A stretch of DNA of 63,788 nt, the filler included, from Reclinomonas americana ATCC 50394 (taxonomy: Eukaryota): assembly GCA_048213135.1 (NCBI GenBank). It is 5 parts of 4 records of this genome, joined end to end, with 100 filler letters (N's around TTAATTAATTAA, not from the genome) between each part and the next. Parts side by side here need not be neighbours in the genome. Positions count along the whole stretch, not along the records: positions 59,996 to 63,788 come from PS015223.1; 4 more parts are not named here. One strand, 5' to 3'. The number at the start of each line of letters is the position of its first letter. Position 1 is the first letter of the stretch. The notes beneath the pieces were generated by a model. That model made no database searches, had not been told where the DNA came from, and saw only the letters and a list, made by a program, of their open reading frames with translations. Positions 62,034 through 63,788 of this stretch are shown piece by piece. Both the position numbers and the translations under genes were made by a program.

Positions 62034-63776
62034 ATGTCGGGTCCTGCTGCGTACGACGAAGACGAATCAGTGTACAACATCATCGAGACTCGCCCGGCGG
62101 CAGCTCGCAAGAAGGTTCCGTTGCCAGTGTGTGTGTGTGCCTGTGCCTGTGTGACTGACTCTTTGTGTGTGCGCACACAGCCGTTGTACAAGAGTCAGTA
62201 CCCGGGCACGCTGCCGCCCTCATGCTCCACTGTGGCACTGCAAGGCACCTCCAAGCCAGGTGTGTGTGTGTATGGCTGTGTGCGTGCGTGTGTGCGTGTT
62301 TGGGGAAAGAGATGGAAGCCGTTTGTGTGTGCGTGTCAACGGCCGTTTAGTCGGACATGTCGGACTAACTTCCCTCGCTCTCTCTCTGCAATNNNNNNNN
62401 NNNNNNNNNNNNNNNNNNNNNNNNNNNNNNNNNNNNNNNNNNNNNNNNNNNNNNNNNNNNNNNNNNNNNNNNNNNNNNNNNNNNNNNNNNNNNNNNNNNN
62501 NNNNNNNNNNNNNNNNNNNNNNNNNNNNNNNNNNNNNNNNNNNNNNNNNNNNNNNNNNNNNNNNNNNNNNNNNNNNNNNNNNNNNNNNNNNNNNNNNNNN
62601 NNNNNNNNNNNNNNNNNNNNNNNNNNNNNNNNNNNNNNNNNNNNNNNNNNNNNNNNNNNNNNNNNNNNNNNNNNNNNNNNNNNNNNNNNNNNNNNNNNNN
62701 NNNNNNNNNNNNNNNNNNNNNNNNNNNNNNNNNNNNNNNNNNNNNNNNNNNNNNNNNNNNNNNNNNNNNNNNNNNNNNNNNNNNNNNNNNNNNNNNNNNN
62801 NNNNNNNNNNNNNNNNNNNNNNNNNNNNNNNNNNNNNNNNNNNNNNNNNNNNNNNNNNNNNNNNNNNNNNNNNNNNNNNNNNNNNNNNNNNNNNNNNNNN
62901 NNNNNNNNNNNNNNNNNNNNNNNNNNNNNNNNNNNNNNNNNNNNNNNNNNNNNNNNNNNNNNNNNNNNNNNNNNNNNNNNNNNNNNNNNNNNNNNNNNNN
63001 NNNNNNNNNNNNNNNNNNNNNNNNNNNNNNNNNNNNNNNNNNNNNNNNNNNNNNNNNNNNNNNNNNNNNNNNNNNNNNNNNNNNNNNNNNNNNNNNNNNN
63101 NNNNNNNNNNNNNNNNNNNNNNNNNNNNNNNNNNNNNNNNNNNNNNNNNNNNNNNNNNNNNNNNNNNNNNNNNNNNNNNNNNNNNNNNNNNNNNNNGCAA
63201 TGCAGGCGTGGCGAATGTAGGCGGCGACCTGCTTGACCCGGATCTGGTGGGCAGCGGGCACCCGATTCGCAAGCCGGTGGGTGTGATTGGACGCAAGACG
63301 GAGCGACCGGAGGCGACGTCGTTTACGCGGAAACGCGAGAAGGAGCCAGTGCTGCCCGACCCGCAGCACTTTACGTACCCCGACGAGGGCAGGCGACGCA
63401 CGGGGGTGCCGAAGCGCGATGAGAGGCCGGTGATGGGACTGACGAGCGGGAAGAACTTTATCACGGCGAATGCGGTCGAGGCGATTCTGGCGGTGCCAAA
63501 GAAGGTGCCGCAGGAGGCGCCGCGCTACGTCGAGAAGCCCGACTATGGACAGCGGCCCAAGTACCTCGACCGTGTCAAGGACGAGATTGAGGAGGAGTAC
63601 CGCTACGTGCGCGACTTGCAGCAGCAGGTCGCCGAGGCCAATCGGGAGAATGTGCGCCTGCTGACCGACGCCGAGCGTGAGGAGCTCGTACGCGGACTGC
63701 GACAAAAGTGGGATGAGGTGCAAAAGTCGTACCAGACGCTCAAGTTCTCCTCTGACACGCCCGGACACTTCCAAAG
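62034..63776 (+). CDS. ENKUR: Enkurin (ciliary protein), 3' end beyond window
   Basis: ESVYNII..PLYKSQYP..VPKRDERPVMGLTSGKNFITANAVEAILAVPK..KPDYGQRPKYLDRVK..LLTDAEREELVRGLRQKWDEV..YQ. Confidence 0.93.
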
Positions 63777-63788
63777 GTGCGTTCATGT

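Noticed and set aside
1-63788. Stop-codon reassignment or selenocysteine
   Set aside because: In-frame stops in the conserved genes examined were resolved by GT-AG introns; TAA, TAG and TGA all serve as terminators.

Overview
Eukaryotic nuclear DNA from a GC-rich, very intron-dense flagellated protist; the taxon cannot be named from sequence alone. The draft assembly has many N-gaps and four artificial TTAATTAATTAA linkers. The ORF track is largely uninformative because nearly every gene is split by short GT-AG introns, so I rebuilt about 22 gene models by hand-splicing. They include a PMCA-type Ca2+ ATPase divergent from a CIPK-like kinase, GRP94 (C-terminal half on an inverted contig), a NACHT/STAND-WD40 protein, NPL4, two coiled-coil genes, an AT-hook/polyQ/PAS protein, an At2g30600-like protein, a MAP2K-like fragment, a membrane-anchored M49 peptidase, a degenerate 2OG-Fe(II) oxygenase, adrenodoxin reductase, Kish, a prokaryote-type UPF0200-like P-loop kinase, a PH-domain protein, an ARM protein, a ciliary MIP-like protein, HEATR5, RPL13A and enkurin. 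Two observations stand out. (1) The NLR-like NACHT-WD40 gene has a hidden 5' exon encoding RLRGG|GCGTSK, a ubiquitin C-terminus-like cleavage site directly followed by a cryptic myristoylation/palmitoylation signal. (2) More than 20 introns use an atypical GTTGCG(T) 5' splice site, with G at +6 rather than +5. Family assignments rest on motif recognition, not database searches.
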